From NCBI GenBank assembly GCA_045650705.1, contig JAZRRK010000055.1, positions 13,842 to 77,841 on the forward strand: DNA of 64,000 nt, written 5' to 3'. Source of the DNA: Clostridia bacterium (GTDB taxonomy: Bacteria > Bacillota > Clostridia > TANB77 > CAG-508). This document shows positions 29,943 to 39,891 of the stretch, piece by piece; position 1 is the stretch's first letter, and each line of letters begins with the position of its first letter. The notes under the pieces were generated by a model, which had not been told where the DNA came from, searched no databases, and saw only the letters and a list, made by a program, of their open reading frames with translations. The position numbers and the translations under genes were made by a program.

Positions 29943-29963
29943 AAACTCCGAGCGTGAATAGTA

Positions 29964-30791
29964 ATGGGGATAAAAACATTTAGACCATACACACCATCAA
30001 GAAGAAATATGACAACATTGACAAACGATGAGATTACAAAAAAAACACCAGAAAAATCTTTATTGAGAGCAAAAAAGAAAAATGCTGGTAGAAATTCTTA
30101 TGGTAGAATAACAGTAAGACATCAAGGTGGAGGAAACAGACAAAAATATAGAATAATTGATTTTAAAAGAAAAAAAGATAACATGGAAGCAACAGTTATC
30201 GGTATAGAATACGATCCAAATCGTACAAGTAATATAGCATTAATCGAATATACAGATGGAGAAAGAGCATATATCTTAGCTCCAGTTGGATTAACAGATG
30301 GAGACAAAGTTATATCAGGTGAAAACGTTGATATTAAGCCAGGAAACTGCTTACCGATAGAAAATATACCAGTTGGTACATTAATTCATAATATAGAATT
30401 AAATCCAGGTCAAGGTGGAAAAATGGTAAAAGCTGCTGGTGGAGAAGCTCAACTTATGGCTAAAGAAGGAACTTATGCACATATAAGATTACCATCAGGA
30501 GAAATGAGATTAGTAAGAGCAAAATGTAGAGCAACAATAGGAACAATAGGAAATACAGACCATAGTAACATCAAATTAGGAAAAGCAGGAAGAACAAGAC
30601 ATATGGGTATTAGACCAACAGTTAGAGGTTCTGTTATGAACCCAGTAGATCACCCACATGGTGGTGGTGAAGGTAGAGCTCCAGTAGGACATAGTGGACC
30701 ACTTACTCCTTGGGGTAAACCAGCATTAGGATATAAGACAAGAAAGAAAAATAATAAAACAGATAAATATATCGTAAAAAGAAGAAAGTAA
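29964..30791 (+). CDS. rplB: 50S ribosomal protein L2
   Basis: Conserved L2 sequence ([24 protein letters not shown]); in-frame TGA at 29955 fixes the start; no SD. Confidence 0.95.
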   Translation: MGIKTFRPYTPSRRNMTTLTNDEITKKTPEKSLLRAKKKNAGRNSYGRITVRHQGGGNRQKYRIIDFKRKKDNMEATVIGIEYDPNRTSNIALIEYTDGERAYILAPVGLTDGDKVISGENVDIKPGNCLPIENIPVGTLIHNIELNPGQGGKMVKAAGGEAQLMAKEGTYAHIRLPSGEMRLVRAKCRATIGTIGNTDHSNIKLGKAGRTRHMGIRPTVRGSVMNPVDHPHGGGEGRAPVGHSGPLTPWGKPALGYKTRKKNNKTDKYIVKRRK

Positions 30792-30810
30792 TTAAAATAG
30801 CGATAATATG

Positions 30811-30836
30811 TATGGGGCGACCATTGGTCGTCCGTG
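30811..30836 (+). repeat. Hairpin repeat family A copy
   Basis: TATGGGGCGACCATTGGTCGTCCGTG. Confidence 0.75.
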
Positions 30837-30863
30837 GAAAGTGATTAAAAGGAGGATAAATAA

Positions 30864-31142
30864 ATGTCAAGATCTAGTAAGAAAAAACCATTCGTAGAAG
30901 AAAAACTATTAAAGAGAATTGAAGCTATGAATGAAAATGGAACAAAAGCAGTTTTAAAAACTTGGTCAAGAGCTTCTACAATATATCCACAAATGGTAGG
31001 ACATACAATAGCAGTTCATGATGGAAGAAAACATGTTCCAGTATATATATCAGAAGAAATGATAGGACATAAATTAGGAGAATTTGCTCCAACAAGAACA
31101 TTTAGAGGACATTCAGGAGAAAAGAAAACAGACGTTAAGTAA
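30864..31142 (+). CDS. rpsS: 30S ribosomal protein S19
   Basis: Conserved S19 sequence, AGGAGG SD. Confidence 0.95.
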   Translation: MSRSSKKKPFVEEKLLKRIEAMNENGTKAVLKTWSRASTIYPQMVGHTIAVHDGRKHVPVYISEEMIGHKLGEFAPTRTFRGHSGEKKTDVK

Positions 31143-31179
31143 AAGTCTGACAGACAAATATTAAGAGGAGGTAAATTAA

Positions 31180-31533
31180 ATGCCAGAAGAAAATAAAGTA
31201 CTAGAAGCAGTAGCTACATTAAGATTTGCTAGAATATCAGCTAGAAAAGTTAAAATAGTAGCAGACCTTATAAGAGGTAAAAATGTTGATGAAGCTTTAG
31301 CAATAGTTAAATTCACACCAAAAGCATCATCTGAATTAATAGAAAAATTATTAAAATCTGCAATAGCAAATGCAGAAAACAATCATGGTATGAACAGAGG
31401 AAATTTGGTTGTTAGCGAAATATATGCAAACCAAGGTCCAACATTAAAAAGAATTAGACCAGCAGCAAAAGGTTCAGCAGTAAGAATTAGAAAAAGAACA
31501 AGTCATATTACAATAAAAGTAAGAGAAGTTTAA
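31180..31533 (+). CDS. rplV: 50S ribosomal protein L22
   Basis: Conserved L22 sequence, GAGGAGG SD. Confidence 0.95.
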   Translation: MPEENKVLEAVATLRFARISARKVKIVADLIRGKNVDEALAIVKFTPKASSELIEKLLKSAIANAENNHGMNRGNLVVSEIYANQGPTLKRIRPAAKGSAVRIRKRTSHITIKVREV

Positions 31534-31550
31534 GGAGGGAAATAAAGAGT

Positions 31551-32213
31551 ATGGGACAAAAAATGCATCCACATGGATTAAGAGTTGGTGTAATAAAAGA
31601 TTGGAATTCAAAATGGTACGCAGATTCAAAGAATTTCAGTGATTATTTAATAGAAGACCATAAAATCCGTGAATATGTAAAGAAAAAATTATTTGTTAGC
31701 GGTATTTCTAAAATAGAGATAGAAAGAACAGCTAAATTTATAAAAGTTAATGTTTACACAGCAAAACCAGGAGTAGTTATAGGTAAAGGTGGAAACTTAG
31801 CTGAAAGTTTAAAACAAGAATTATCTAAAATGATAAATAAAGATGTAAATTTAAATATAGTTGAAGTTAAAGATGTTGATACAAATGCTCAATTAGTAGC
31901 AGAAAACATTGCAAATCAACTAGAAAGAAGAATCTCTTTTAGAAGAGCAATGAAACAATGTATGCAAAAAGCAATGAAAGCAGGAGCTTTAGGAATAAAA
32001 ACATCTGTATCTGGAAGATTAGGTGGAGCTGATATGGCTAGAACAGAATTCTACAAAGAAGGAACAATTCCACTACAAACATTAAGAGCAGATATTGATT
32101 ATGGATTCTGTGAAGCAGATACAACTTATGGAAAAATAGGTGTAAAAGTTTGGATATATAAAGGAGAAGTTCTTCCTACTAAAAAAAATAAAACAGAAGG
32201 AGGAGAAGAATAA
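31551..32213 (+). CDS. rpsC: 30S ribosomal protein S3
   Basis: [15 protein letters not shown] domain. Confidence 0.95.
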   Translation: MGQKMHPHGLRVGVIKDWNSKWYADSKNFSDYLIEDHKIREYVKKKLFVSGISKIEIERTAKFIKVNVYTAKPGVVIGKGGNLAESLKQELSKMINKDVNLNIVEVKDVDTNAQLVAENIANQLERRISFRRAMKQCMQKAMKAGALGIKTSVSGRLGGADMARTEFYKEGTIPLQTLRADIDYGFCEADTTYGKIGVKVWIYKGEVLPTKKNKTEGGEE

Positions 32214-32656
32214 TGCCAGTAATGCCAAAAAGAACAAAATATAGAAAAATGCAAAAAGGTAGAAATAGAGGAAAAGCAACAAGAGGAAACGTTGTAAATG
32301 AAGGACAATACGGATTACAAACATTAGAAGCTGGATTAATTACAGCAAATCAAATAGAAGCAGCACGTATTGCAATGACACGTTACATCAAAAGAGGTGG
32401 AAAAGTTTGGATAAAAGTATTCCCAAATAAACCAATAAGCAAGAAACCTGCTGAAACTCGTATGGGTAAAGGTAAAGGAGCTGTTGAATATTGGGTAGCA
32501 CCAGTTAAACCAGGTAGAATACTATTTGAGTTAGCAGATGTTTCAGAAGAAATTGCAAGAGAAGCTTTAAGATTAGCTGCACATAAACTACCAGTTAAAA
32601 CAAAATTCGTAACAAGAGAAAATAATCAAGGTGGTGATGTTGATGAAGATAGATAA
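32213..32656 (+). CDS. rplP: 50S ribosomal protein L16
   Basis: [14 protein letters not shown]; overlaps the rpsC stop. Confidence 0.95.
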   Translation: MPVMPKRTKYRKMQKGRNRGKATRGNVVNEGQYGLQTLEAGLITANQIEAARIAMTRYIKRGGKVWIKVFPNKPISKKPAETRMGKGKGAVEYWVAPVKPGRILFELADVSEEIAREALRLAAHKLPVKTKFVTRENNQGGDVDEDR

Positions 32657-32837
32657 AATAAGAGAAATGTCTTCACAAGACTTAAATAAAGAATTAGGTG
32701 AATTAAAAACAGAGCTATTCAAATTAAGATTTAATTTAGCAACAAATGGATTAGACAATCCTATGAAAATAAAAGAGACAAAAAAAGATATAGCTAGAAT
32801 AAATACAGTATTAAAAGAAAGAGAAATGGCTAAATAG
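32643..32837 (+). CDS. rpmC: 50S ribosomal protein L29
   Basis: Start [14 protein letters not shown] with GGTGGTG SD; the upstream in-frame starts in the track look spurious. Confidence 0.9.
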   Translation: MKIDKIREMSSQDLNKELGELKTELFKLRFNLATNGLDNPMKIKETKKDIARINTVLKEREMAK

Positions 32838-32886
32838 AATTTGGAATTAAAAGTTCCAAAAACTTTAGTGAAAGGAGAATTCAAGA

Positions 32887-33150
32887 ATGGAAGAAAGAAA
32901 TCTTCGTAAAGTTATGATTGGTACAGTAACATCTAATAAAATGGATAAAACAATAGTAGTATCAGTTGAAACAAGTGTAAAACATCCTTTATATGGCAAA
33001 ATTGTAAAAAGAACATATAAATTAAAAGCACATGATGAAAATAATGCTTGCCAAATAGGAGATAAAGTAAAAGTAATGGAAACTAGACCTCTATCAAAAG
33101 ATAAGAGATGGAGATTAGTTGAAGTTGTAGAAAAAGCAATCATAAAATAA
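32887..33150 (+). CDS. rpsQ: 30S ribosomal protein S17
   Basis: Conserved S17 sequence. Confidence 0.95.
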   Translation: MEERNLRKVMIGTVTSNKMDKTIVVSVETSVKHPLYGKIVKRTYKLKAHDENNACQIGDKVKVMETRPLSKDKRWRLVEVVEKAIIK

Positions 33151-33186
33151 AATTAATAAAAACCACATTCAACTTGTAATAGTGAG

Positions 33187-33212
33187 TGTAGGGGCGACCA
33201 TTGGTCGTCCGA
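33187..33212 (+). repeat. Hairpin repeat family A copy
   Basis: TGTAGGGGCGACCATTGGTCGTCCGA. Confidence 0.8.
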
Positions 33213-33289
33213 GAATAGTTAGAAATGAATAGTGAATAGTGAATAGTACATAATTCGCTTCACGAATTTTGAAAAGGAGGAAAACCGTA
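33213..33289 (+). repeat. Heptad-repeat / hairpin / SD cassette upstream of rplN
   Basis: GAATAGT heptads (33213-33247), AGTACA, hairpin AATTCG-CTTCA-CGAATT, then TTTTGAAAAGGAGG. Confidence 0.7.
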
Positions 33290-33658
33290 ATGATTCAACA
33301 ACAATCTAGATTAAAAGTAGCAGATAACACAGGTGCAAAAGAATTAATGTGTATCAGATGTTTAGGTGGTTCACATAGAAAATTTGCTGGTGTAGGTGAT
33401 GTTATAATAGCATCAGTAAAAAATGCTATACCAAATGGTGTTGTAAAAAAAGGTGATGTAGTTAAAGCTGTTATAGTAAGAACAACAAAACCTATTAGAA
33501 GAGCAGATGGTTCTTATGTTAGATTCGACGAAAATGCAGCAGTTATAATACGTGATGATGGAAATCCAAAAGGAACTCGTATATTTGGACCGATAGCTAG
33601 AGAATTAAGAGATAAAGATTATATGAAGATTTTATCACTTGCTCCAGAAGTTTTATAA
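33290..33658 (+). CDS. rplN: 50S ribosomal protein L14
   Basis: Start [18 protein letters not shown] with AAGGAGG SD. Confidence 0.95.
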   Translation: MIQQQSRLKVADNTGAKELMCIRCLGGSHRKFAGVGDVIIASVKNAIPNGVVKKGDVVKAVIVRTTKPIRRADGSYVRFDENAAVIIRDDGNPKGTRIFGPIARELRDKDYMKILSLAPEVL

Positions 33659-33685
33659 TAAAGAAAAATATAGAAAACTACGATG

Positions 33686-33708
33686 TGTAGGGGGACCATT
33701 GGTCGTCT
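33686..33708 (+). repeat. Hairpin repeat family A copy (1-nt deletion variant)
   Basis: TGTAGGGGGACCATTGGTCGTCT. Confidence 0.7.
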
Positions 33709-33768
33709 GAACTTCAGCGAAATGCTAAAAGTTCATAATGAATAATAGAAAGAAGGAGGGAAACCTTA

Positions 33769-34077
33769 ATGAAAATAAAAAAAGGTGATACAGTTCAAGT
33801 TTTATCTGGAAATGATAAAGGAAAAACTGGAGAAGTTTTAGAAGTAATCCCAAAACAAGAAAAAGTAGTTGTTAAGGGTGTTAATATAAGAAAAAAACAT
33901 ATCAAACCTAAAAAACAAGGTGACGAAGGTGGAATAGTACCAGTTGAATGTGCTATACATACTAGCAAAGTAAATGTATTATGTTCTAAATGCAATAAAC
34001 CAGCAAGAATAGGATACAAAATTGAAAAAGATGGAAAAGTTCGTATTTGTAAAAGATGTGGAACAATAATCAAATAG
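33769..34077 (+). CDS. rplX: 50S ribosomal protein L24
   Basis: KOW motif KKGDTVQVLSGNDKGKTGEV; two CxxC pairs in the C-terminal part. Confidence 0.9.
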   Translation: MKIKKGDTVQVLSGNDKGKTGEVLEVIPKQEKVVVKGVNIRKKHIKPKKQGDEGGIVPVECAIHTSKVNVLCSKCNKPARIGYKIEKDGKVRICKRCGTIIK

Positions 34078-34098
34078 GAAAGGAGGAAATAAATAATT

Positions 34099-34638
34099 AT
34101 GGAAATATTAAGAGAACAATATGAAAAAGAGATAATACCTGCATTAATGAAAAAATTTGAATATAAATCAGTTATGCAAGTTCCAAAATTAGAAAAGATA
34201 GTTATTAATATAGGATTAGGAGATACAAAGGAAAATCCTAAAGCCTTAGATAATGCGATTGCAGATTTAACAGCTATAACAGGTCAAAAACCAGTTATAA
34301 CAAAAGCTAAAAAATCTATTGCAGCATTTAAATTAAGAGAGGGAGCTAATATCGGTTGCAAAGTTACATTAAGAAAAGATAAAATGTATGATTTTGCATA
34401 CAAATTATTTAATGTAGCACTTCCAAGAGTTAGAGATTTTAGAGGAGTTTCAAATAATTCTTTTGATGGAAGAGGAAATTACTCATTAGGAATTAAAGAA
34501 CAAGTAATCTTCCCAGAAATCGAATATGAAAAAATAGATAAGGTAAGAGGAATGGATATTATATTTGTTACTACAGCTAATTCTGATGAAGAAGCTAAAG
34601 AGTTACTTGCTAAATTAGGTATGCCATTCAGAGCTTAA
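34099..34638 (+). CDS. rplE: 50S ribosomal protein L5
   Basis: Conserved L5 sequence. Confidence 0.95.
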   Translation: MEILREQYEKEIIPALMKKFEYKSVMQVPKLEKIVINIGLGDTKENPKALDNAIADLTAITGQKPVITKAKKSIAAFKLREGANIGCKVTLRKDKMYDFAYKLFNVALPRVRDFRGVSNNSFDGRGNYSLGIKEQVIFPEIEYEKIDKVRGMDIIFVTTANSDEEAKELLAKLGMPFRA

Positions 34639-34706
34639 TAAATAGTGAAGAAAGAAAAGTGAAGAGTACAAAACTCTTTAAGTTTTGAAGGAGGAAAATA
34701 AAACAT
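34639..34706 (+). repeat. Heptad-repeat / hairpin / SD cassette upstream of rpsZ
   Basis: AATAGTGAAG..AAAAGTGAAGAGTACA, hairpin CAAAACT-CTTTA-AGTTTTG, AAGGAGG. Confidence 0.65.
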
Positions 34707-34892
34707 ATGGCTAAGAAATCAATGATTGTTAAGCAACAAAAAGAACAAAAATATGCAACTAGAGAATATAATAGATGTAAATTATGTGGAAGACCACATG
34801 GTTATATTAGAAAATATGGAATTTGCCGTATATGCTTTAGAGAATTAGCACATAAAGGTGAAATACCAGGTATTAAAAAAGCTAGCTGGTAA
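34707..34892 (+). CDS. rpsZ: 30S ribosomal protein S14 type Z (zinc-binding)
   Basis: 61 aa, CKLCGR...CRIC. Confidence 0.95.
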   Translation: MAKKSMIVKQQKEQKYATREYNRCKLCGRPHGYIRKYGICRICFRELAHKGEIPGIKKASW

Positions 34893-34955
34893 GAAATAAA
34901 TGAAAAATTTGTTTTAAGAATAAATTATAAAGTAGAATAATAAGGAGGAGAGAAA

Positions 34956-35354
34956 ATGATTACAACTGATCCAATTGCAGATATGCTAACAAGAATCAGA
35001 AATGCAAGTCAAGCAAATTTTAAAACAGTAGATATTCCAGCATCAAATATGAAAAAAGACATTGCAGAAATATTGTTTAATGAAGGATATATAAAAGCTT
35101 ACGAAGAAATCCAAAATGAAAATCAAGGAATAATCAGAATAAGCTTAAAATATACAGAAAAAGGTAAAAAAGTAATATCAGGATTAAGAAGAATAAGCAA
35201 ACCAGGATTAAGAATATATGCATCAAAGGAAGAACTTCCTAAAGTATTAAATGGTTTAGGAATAGCTTTAATATCAACATCAAAAGGAATAATGACAGAT
35301 AAAAAAGCAAGAGAATTAGGTGTTGGTGGAGAAGTATTAGCATATATTTGGTAA
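34956..35354 (+). CDS. rpsH: 30S ribosomal protein S8
   Basis: [13 protein letters not shown]. Confidence 0.95.
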   Translation: MITTDPIADMLTRIRNASQANFKTVDIPASNMKKDIAEILFNEGYIKAYEEIQNENQGIIRISLKYTEKGKKVISGLRRISKPGLRIYASKEELPKVLNGLGIALISTSKGIMTDKKARELGVGGEVLAYIW

Positions 35355-35376
35355 TATTAGAAAGGAGAATATTAAC

Positions 35377-35916
35377 ATGTCAAGAATAGGAAATAAACCA
35401 ATTACAGTTCCAGAAGGTGTAGAAGTAAAACTAGATGGACAAAAAATAACTGTAAAAGGACCTAAAGGTACTCTAGAAAGAGAAATACACCCAAATATAA
35501 AAGTAGAGTTAGATAATAATGTTATAACAGTTACAAGACCAAATAATGAACCAGCAAATAGAAGCTTACATGGATTAACAAGAACTTTAATAAATAACAT
35601 GGTTACAGGTGTTGTAAATGAATATACTAGACAACTTGAAATAAATGGTGTAGGTTATAGAGCTGCAAAACAAGGAAATAAATTAGTTTTAACATTAGGA
35701 TATTCACATCCTGTAGAAATGGTAGAACCAGAAGGAATTAAATATGAAGTTCCAACTCCAAATCAAATAATTGTTAAAGGAGTAGATAAAGAATTAGTTG
35801 GTCAAATGGCAGCAGTTATCAGAACAAAAAGACCACCAGAAGTTTATAGAGGTAAAGGTATTAAGTACGTTGAAGAACGTATTAGACGTAAGGTTGGTAA
35901 GACAGGCAAAAAATAA
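35377..35916 (+). CDS. rplF: 50S ribosomal protein L6
   Basis: [15 protein letters not shown]. Confidence 0.95.
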   Translation: MSRIGNKPITVPEGVEVKLDGQKITVKGPKGTLEREIHPNIKVELDNNVITVTRPNNEPANRSLHGLTRTLINNMVTGVVNEYTRQLEINGVGYRAAKQGNKLVLTLGYSHPVEMVEPEGIKYEVPTPNQIIVKGVDKELVGQMAAVIRTKRPPEVYRGKGIKYVEERIRRKVGKTGKK

Positions 35917-35929
35917 AATTTGTAATTGT

Positions 35930-36048
35930 AAACAAATGAAAAACTTCGTCTGGCGTTGTTGTCCAGCACAAAAAAATCCTCAGCGTATCTTTATACGCCT
36001 CCGGTTTTTTAGTTCGGACGCCTAGCCATACTCGTTTTTGATTTGTTT
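35930..36048 (+). repeat. Palindromic GC-enriched element (about 119 bp) in the rplF-rplR spacer
   Basis: Termini AAACAAATGAAAAAC / GTTTTTGATTTGTTT; interior ACGCCTCCGG shared with the 17454-17611 element. Confidence 0.65.
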
Positions 36049-36146
36049 AGAGCAAACGAACAATATAACTTTTGCTTTGTGTGCAATGAGTAAGCAAATA
36101 AATAAAAATTTATTGAAAAAGAATTTTAGAAAGGAGCGATATTAAT

Positions 36147-36506
36147 ATGGTTTCTAAAACTAATAGAAAATTAGAAAGAGAAAGAAGACATAAAAGAGTA
36201 CGTACAAAAATAAGTGGAACAACTGAATGCCCAAGATTATGTGTATTTAGAAGTAACACAAATGTATATGCTCAAATAATTGATGATACTAAAGGAATTA
36301 CTTTAGTAAGTGCATCAACATTAGATAAAGAAGTAAAAACAAAACATTCAAATAAAGAAGCTGCAAAAGAAGTTGGAACTTTAGTTGCAAAAAGAGCTTT
36401 AGAAAAAAATATTAAGAATGTTGTATATGATAGAGGCGGATATGTTTATCATGGTATCGTAAAAGAATTAGCAGAAGCTGCAAGAGAAGCAGGATTAGAG
36501 TTTTAA
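36147..36506 (+). CDS. rplR: 50S ribosomal protein L18
   Basis: Conserved L18 sequence. Confidence 0.95.
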   Translation: MVSKTNRKLERERRHKRVRTKISGTTECPRLCVFRSNTNVYAQIIDDTKGITLVSASTLDKEVKTKHSNKEAAKEVGTLVAKRALEKNIKNVVYDRGGYVYHGIVKELAEAAREAGLEF

Positions 36507-36567
36507 TAAAAAGGATACAAAAAAAAGCCTTATCAAAAATCAAATAAGGAGGGAAATTTAAGTCAAT

Positions 36568-37056
36568 ATGGAAGAAAAAACAATGGAGTTCAAAGAAAAA
36601 GTTGTAGCTATAAACAGAGTTGCAAAAGTTGTTAAAGGTGGTAGAAATTTCAGATTTAGCGCAGTAGTTGTTGTTGGAGATGAAAACGGACACGTAGGTA
36701 TTGGAAATGGTAAAGCAGCAGAAGTTCCAGATGCAATAAAAAAAGCTATTGAAGATGCTAAAAAGAATTTAATAGAAGTTCCAATCGTAGGAACAACAGT
36801 ACCACACGAATATTTAGGTACATTTGGTTCAGCAAGCGTATTAATAAAACCAGGAGCTCAAGGTTCTGGACTTATTGCTGGAGGTAGCGTAAGACCTATA
36901 TTAGAATTAGCTGGATATAGAGATATCAAAACAAAAGTTATTGGTACAAATAATCCAAGAAATGTAGGATATGCAACAATGAACGCATTAGAAAATATGG
37001 CAACAGCTGAAAGCATAGCTAAAAAAAGAGGAAAAAAAGTAGAAGAAATAGTTTAG
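36568..37056 (+). CDS. rpsE: 30S ribosomal protein S5
   Basis: [15 protein letters not shown]; in-frame TAA upstream fixes the start. Confidence 0.9.
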   Translation: MEEKTMEFKEKVVAINRVAKVVKGGRNFRFSAVVVVGDENGHVGIGNGKAAEVPDAIKKAIEDAKKNLIEVPIVGTTVPHEYLGTFGSASVLIKPGAQGSGLIAGGSVRPILELAGYRDIKTKVIGTNNPRNVGYATMNALENMATAESIAKKRGKKVEEIV

Positions 37057-37105
37057 AATATATCCGTGAAGAGTTATATGTACGAAATTCATTCTTTATA
37101 ACTTT

Positions 37106-37177
37106 AGTGAAAAGTGAATAGTGAAGAGTGAATAGTACAAAATTTGCTCTTTGCAAATTTTGAAGGAGGGAAAACAG
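37106..37177 (+). repeat. Heptad-repeat / hairpin / SD cassette upstream of rplO (at the usual rpmD position)
   Basis: AGTGAAA AGTGAAT AGTGAAG AGTGAAT AGTACA, 10-bp hairpin CAAAATTTGC-TCTTT-GCAAATTTTG, AAGGAGGG. Confidence 0.7.
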
Positions 37178-37612
37178 ATGGAATTAGGAAGCATAAAGTC
37201 AGCTACAAAAAGAGAGACATCTAAAAGAGTTGGACGTGGAATGGGTTCAGGTCTAGGAAAAACTTCTGGTAGAGGACATAAAGGACAAAAAGCAAGATCA
37301 GGCGGAGGAGTAAGACGTGGATTTGAAGGTGGTCAAACACCATTATATAGAAGATTACCTAAAAGAGGATTCAAAAATATTCATGCTAAAACTTATACAG
37401 AAGTAACTTTAACAATGTTAAATCAAGTAAAACAAGAAGAAGTTACAGCTGAAAGTTTAATACAAGATGGAATTATTAGCAAAGCTAATGACGGAATAGT
37501 TATTTTAGGAACTGGAAAATTAGAAAGAAAATTAACAGTTAAAGCTAGCAGATTCACAAATTCAGCTGCAAAAGCAATAGAAACAGCTGGTGGAAAAGCA
37601 GAGGTGATTTAA
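37178..37612 (+). CDS. rplO: 50S ribosomal protein L15
   Basis: Start [37 protein letters not shown] with AAGGAGGG SD. Confidence 0.9.
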   Translation: MELGSIKSATKRETSKRVGRGMGSGLGKTSGRGHKGQKARSGGGVRRGFEGGQTPLYRRLPKRGFKNIHAKTYTEVTLTMLNQVKQEEVTAESLIQDGIISKANDGIVILGTGKLERKLTVKASRFTNSAAKAIETAGGKAEVI

Positions 37613-37613
37613 T

Positions 37614-38951
37614 TTGTTTAAAACAATTAAAAATGCCTTAAAAACTCCAGATATTAGAAAAAGAATATTATATACATTACTTCTAATCGTAGTATTCAGA
37701 TTTGGATGTTATATAACAGTTCCTGGAGTTGATGCAATTGCTTTACAAAATATAGCATCAGGTTCTACAACAAGTATATCTGGATTAATAGATATTATTT
37801 CAGGTGGAGCATTTTCAAGATTTTCAATATTTGCTATGACAATTACGCCATATATTACAGCGTCAATTGTTATACAATTATTAGGAATGGTAATACCTTC
37901 TTTAGAAAGATTAATTAAAGAAGGTGGAGAAGAAGGTAAAGCTAAAATAAATAAATACACAAAAATGTTAACTTTATTATTAGCTTTAATAGAAGCTATA
38001 GGACTATACTTAACATATAGTAATACATATAGTGGTTATGGAGTATTTGTAAATCCAGGATTAAAAACAGGAGCATTAGTAGTAATATCACTAGTTGCAG
38101 GAACAGCATTATTAATGTGGCTTGGAGAACAAATAACAAATAAAGGTATAGGTAATGGAATATCATTAATAATCTTTATAGGTATTATATCATCATTACC
38201 ATCAGTTGTTACAACGTTATTTAGAAGAATATTTGTAACTGGAGTTGGGTTTAGTACAACAGGATTAATAACAGCACTTGCAATAGCTGTAGGAGCACTA
38301 ATTTTAGTTGCAGGAGTTGTATTTGTACAACAAGCAGAAAGAAGAGTACCAGTACAATATGCAAAAAAAGTAGTTGGTAGAAAAATGTATGGAGGGCAAA
38401 ATACACATATACCATTAAAATTAGCAATGGCAGGTGTAATGCCAGTAATTTTTGCATCATCACTTCTAACATTTCCAGCTATGATTATACCAATGTTTAA
38501 TAGCAATATTGCTACAGCTACAGGATTTTGGGCAGGAGTATATAAGTTTTCATTATCTACATCATCTGCACAATTTGGTATAGGATATACAGTAGCAAAC
38601 GCAATAGTATACTTTATATTAATAGTAGCATTTACATATTTTTATACATATGCAACATTTAATCCAACAGAGGTTTCTAATAATATAAAGAAAAATGGTG
38701 GATTTATACCAGGTATTAGAGCAGGAAAACCAACAACAGAATATTTATCATCAATAATGAGAAAATTAACATTATTTGGTGGAATTTTCTTAAGTTTAAT
38801 TGCGATTTTACCAATGCTATTAAGCTTTACAAATTTGAATATAACATTTGGAGGAACATCAATATTAATCGTAGTAGGAGTTGCGCTAGAAACAGTACAA
38901 CAACTAGAATCAAGATTAGTAATGAGACACTATAAAGGATTTTTAGAATAA
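37614..38951 (+). CDS. secY: Preprotein translocase subunit SecY (TTG start)
   Basis: 10-TM SecY sequence, GAGGTG SD. Confidence 0.95.
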   Translation: MFKTIKNALKTPDIRKRILYTLLLIVVFRFGCYITVPGVDAIALQNIASGSTTSISGLIDIISGGAFSRFSIFAMTITPYITASIVIQLLGMVIPSLERLIKEGGEEGKAKINKYTKMLTLLLALIEAIGLYLTYSNTYSGYGVFVNPGLKTGALVVISLVAGTALLMWLGEQITNKGIGNGISLIIFIGIISSLPSVVTTLFRRIFVTGVGFSTTGLITALAIAVGALILVAGVVFVQQAERRVPVQYAKKVVGRKMYGGQNTHIPLKLAMAGVMPVIFASSLLTFPAMIIPMFNSNIATATGFWAGVYKFSLSTSSAQFGIGYTVANAIVYFILIVAFTYFYTYATFNPTEVSNNIKKNGGFIPGIRAGKPTTEYLSSIMRKLTLFGGIFLSLIAILPMLLSFTNLNITFGGTSILIVVGVALETVQQLESRLVMRHYKGFLE

Positions 38952-39074
38952 AACGAATGAAAAGCGGCATCTCGCACATTTTCATCAATTGCAAAAAATG
39001 CTCGATGTACATTTGTACACCTCCGCTTTTTGCAATTTCTGAAAATGCGTGATATACCACTTTTACTTCGTTTT
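38950..39074 (+). repeat. Palindromic GC-enriched element (about 125 bp) starting at the secY stop codon
   Basis: Termini AAAACGAATGAAAAG / CTTTTACTTCGTTTT; inner arms ATTTTCATCAATTGCAAAAA / TTTTTGCAATTTCTGAAAAT; centre contains ACACCTCCGC. Confidence 0.65.
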
Positions 39075-39099
39075 TTATATAATAAAATATAAGAATGAA

Positions 39100-39205
39100 T
39101 CAAAAGCGAGTATTGTTAGGAAAGCAAGGAAAAATTTTTGAGACTATACAAAGGTATGTCGATAAAATTTTTACGCAGCTTGACAACGCAAGACGATGTT
39201 TTTCA
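39100..39205 (+). repeat. Repeat family C, copy 2 (about 106 nt)
   Basis: Aligns with 29838-29942; the ORF track reads it as a false N-terminal extension of adk. Confidence 0.75.
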
Positions 39206-39226
39206 TTCATTCAGATGGAGGAAATT

Positions 39227-39880
39227 ATGTTCATAGTATTATTAGGTGCACCAGGAAGTGGAAAAGGAACAGTAGGAAAAATATTAGCAGAAAATTTAAA
39301 ATTAGCACATATATCAACAGGAGATTTATTTAGAGAAAATTTAAAAAATGAAACAGAATTAGGAAAAGAAGCAAAAGTATATATGGATAAAGGAGAACTT
39401 GTTCCAGATGAACTAACAGTTAGAATGTTAGAAAAAAGAATGGAAGAATCAGATGTAGAAAATGGAGCAATTTTAGATGGATTCCCAAGAACAAAAAATC
39501 AAGCAGAAGTTTTAGATAAACTATTAGAATCAAAAGGAAATAAAGTAGATATGGCTTTAAATATCGATGTTCCATTTGAAGAAATAGTAGAAAGAATTGC
39601 AAATAGAAGAAGTTGCAGAGGATGCTCAGCAATATACAATGTAGTATTCAATCCACCAAAACAAGAAGGAAAATGCGATGAATGTGGAGGAGAACTATAT
39701 CAAAGAGAAGACCAAAAACCAGAAGTAGTACAAAATAGATTAGAAGTATATAAAGCTTCATCAGAAGAACTAATAACATACTATTCAGAAAGAAATGTAC
39801 TAAGAACAGAAAAAGCTGGAGACCAAGCAGGAAGAACATCATACGATGTAGCAGCTGAAGTTGAGGCTGATTTAAAATAA
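39227..39880 (+). CDS. adk: Adenylate kinase (zinc-lid type)
   Basis: Start MFIVLLGAPGSGKGT with GGAGG SD; lid CRGC...CDEC. Confidence 0.95.
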   Translation: MFIVLLGAPGSGKGTVGKILAENLKLAHISTGDLFRENLKNETELGKEAKVYMDKGELVPDELTVRMLEKRMEESDVENGAILDGFPRTKNQAEVLDKLLESKGNKVDMALNIDVPFEEIVERIANRRSCRGCSAIYNVVFNPPKQEGKCDECGGELYQREDQKPEVVQNRLEVYKASSEELITYYSERNVLRTEKAGDQAGRTSYDVAAEVEADLK

Positions 39881-39891
39881 AAGATAAAAAA

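Noticed and set aside
33213-33247. CRISPR array or tandem-repeat locus suggested by the repeated short units in the r-protein spacers
   Set aside because: The units are 7 nt and contiguous, with no spacers of 25-40 nt. There are no cas genes. No CRISPR-like repeat-spacer organisation occurs anywhere in the window.
33227-33250. Genuine HutP- or TRAP-type attenuator at the UAG-N4 heptads
   Set aside because: No hut or trp genes or terminator/antiterminator alternatives are associated. The periodicity is kept only as a descriptive note within the heptad-cassette finding.
35798-36025. 75-aa ORF overlapping the end of rplF and the palindromic element
   Set aside because: It is out of frame within a conserved gene and then runs through a non-coding repeat. 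It has no SD.
39095-39226. N-terminal extensions proposed by the ORF track for adk (39095), rplN (33269), rplO (37151), rpsM (41403), rpsD (42389) and the HAD gene (24184)
   Set aside because: The extensions read through repeat elements or spacers. Canonical N-termini with well-spaced AGGAGG sites lie downstream, so the shorter starts were used.
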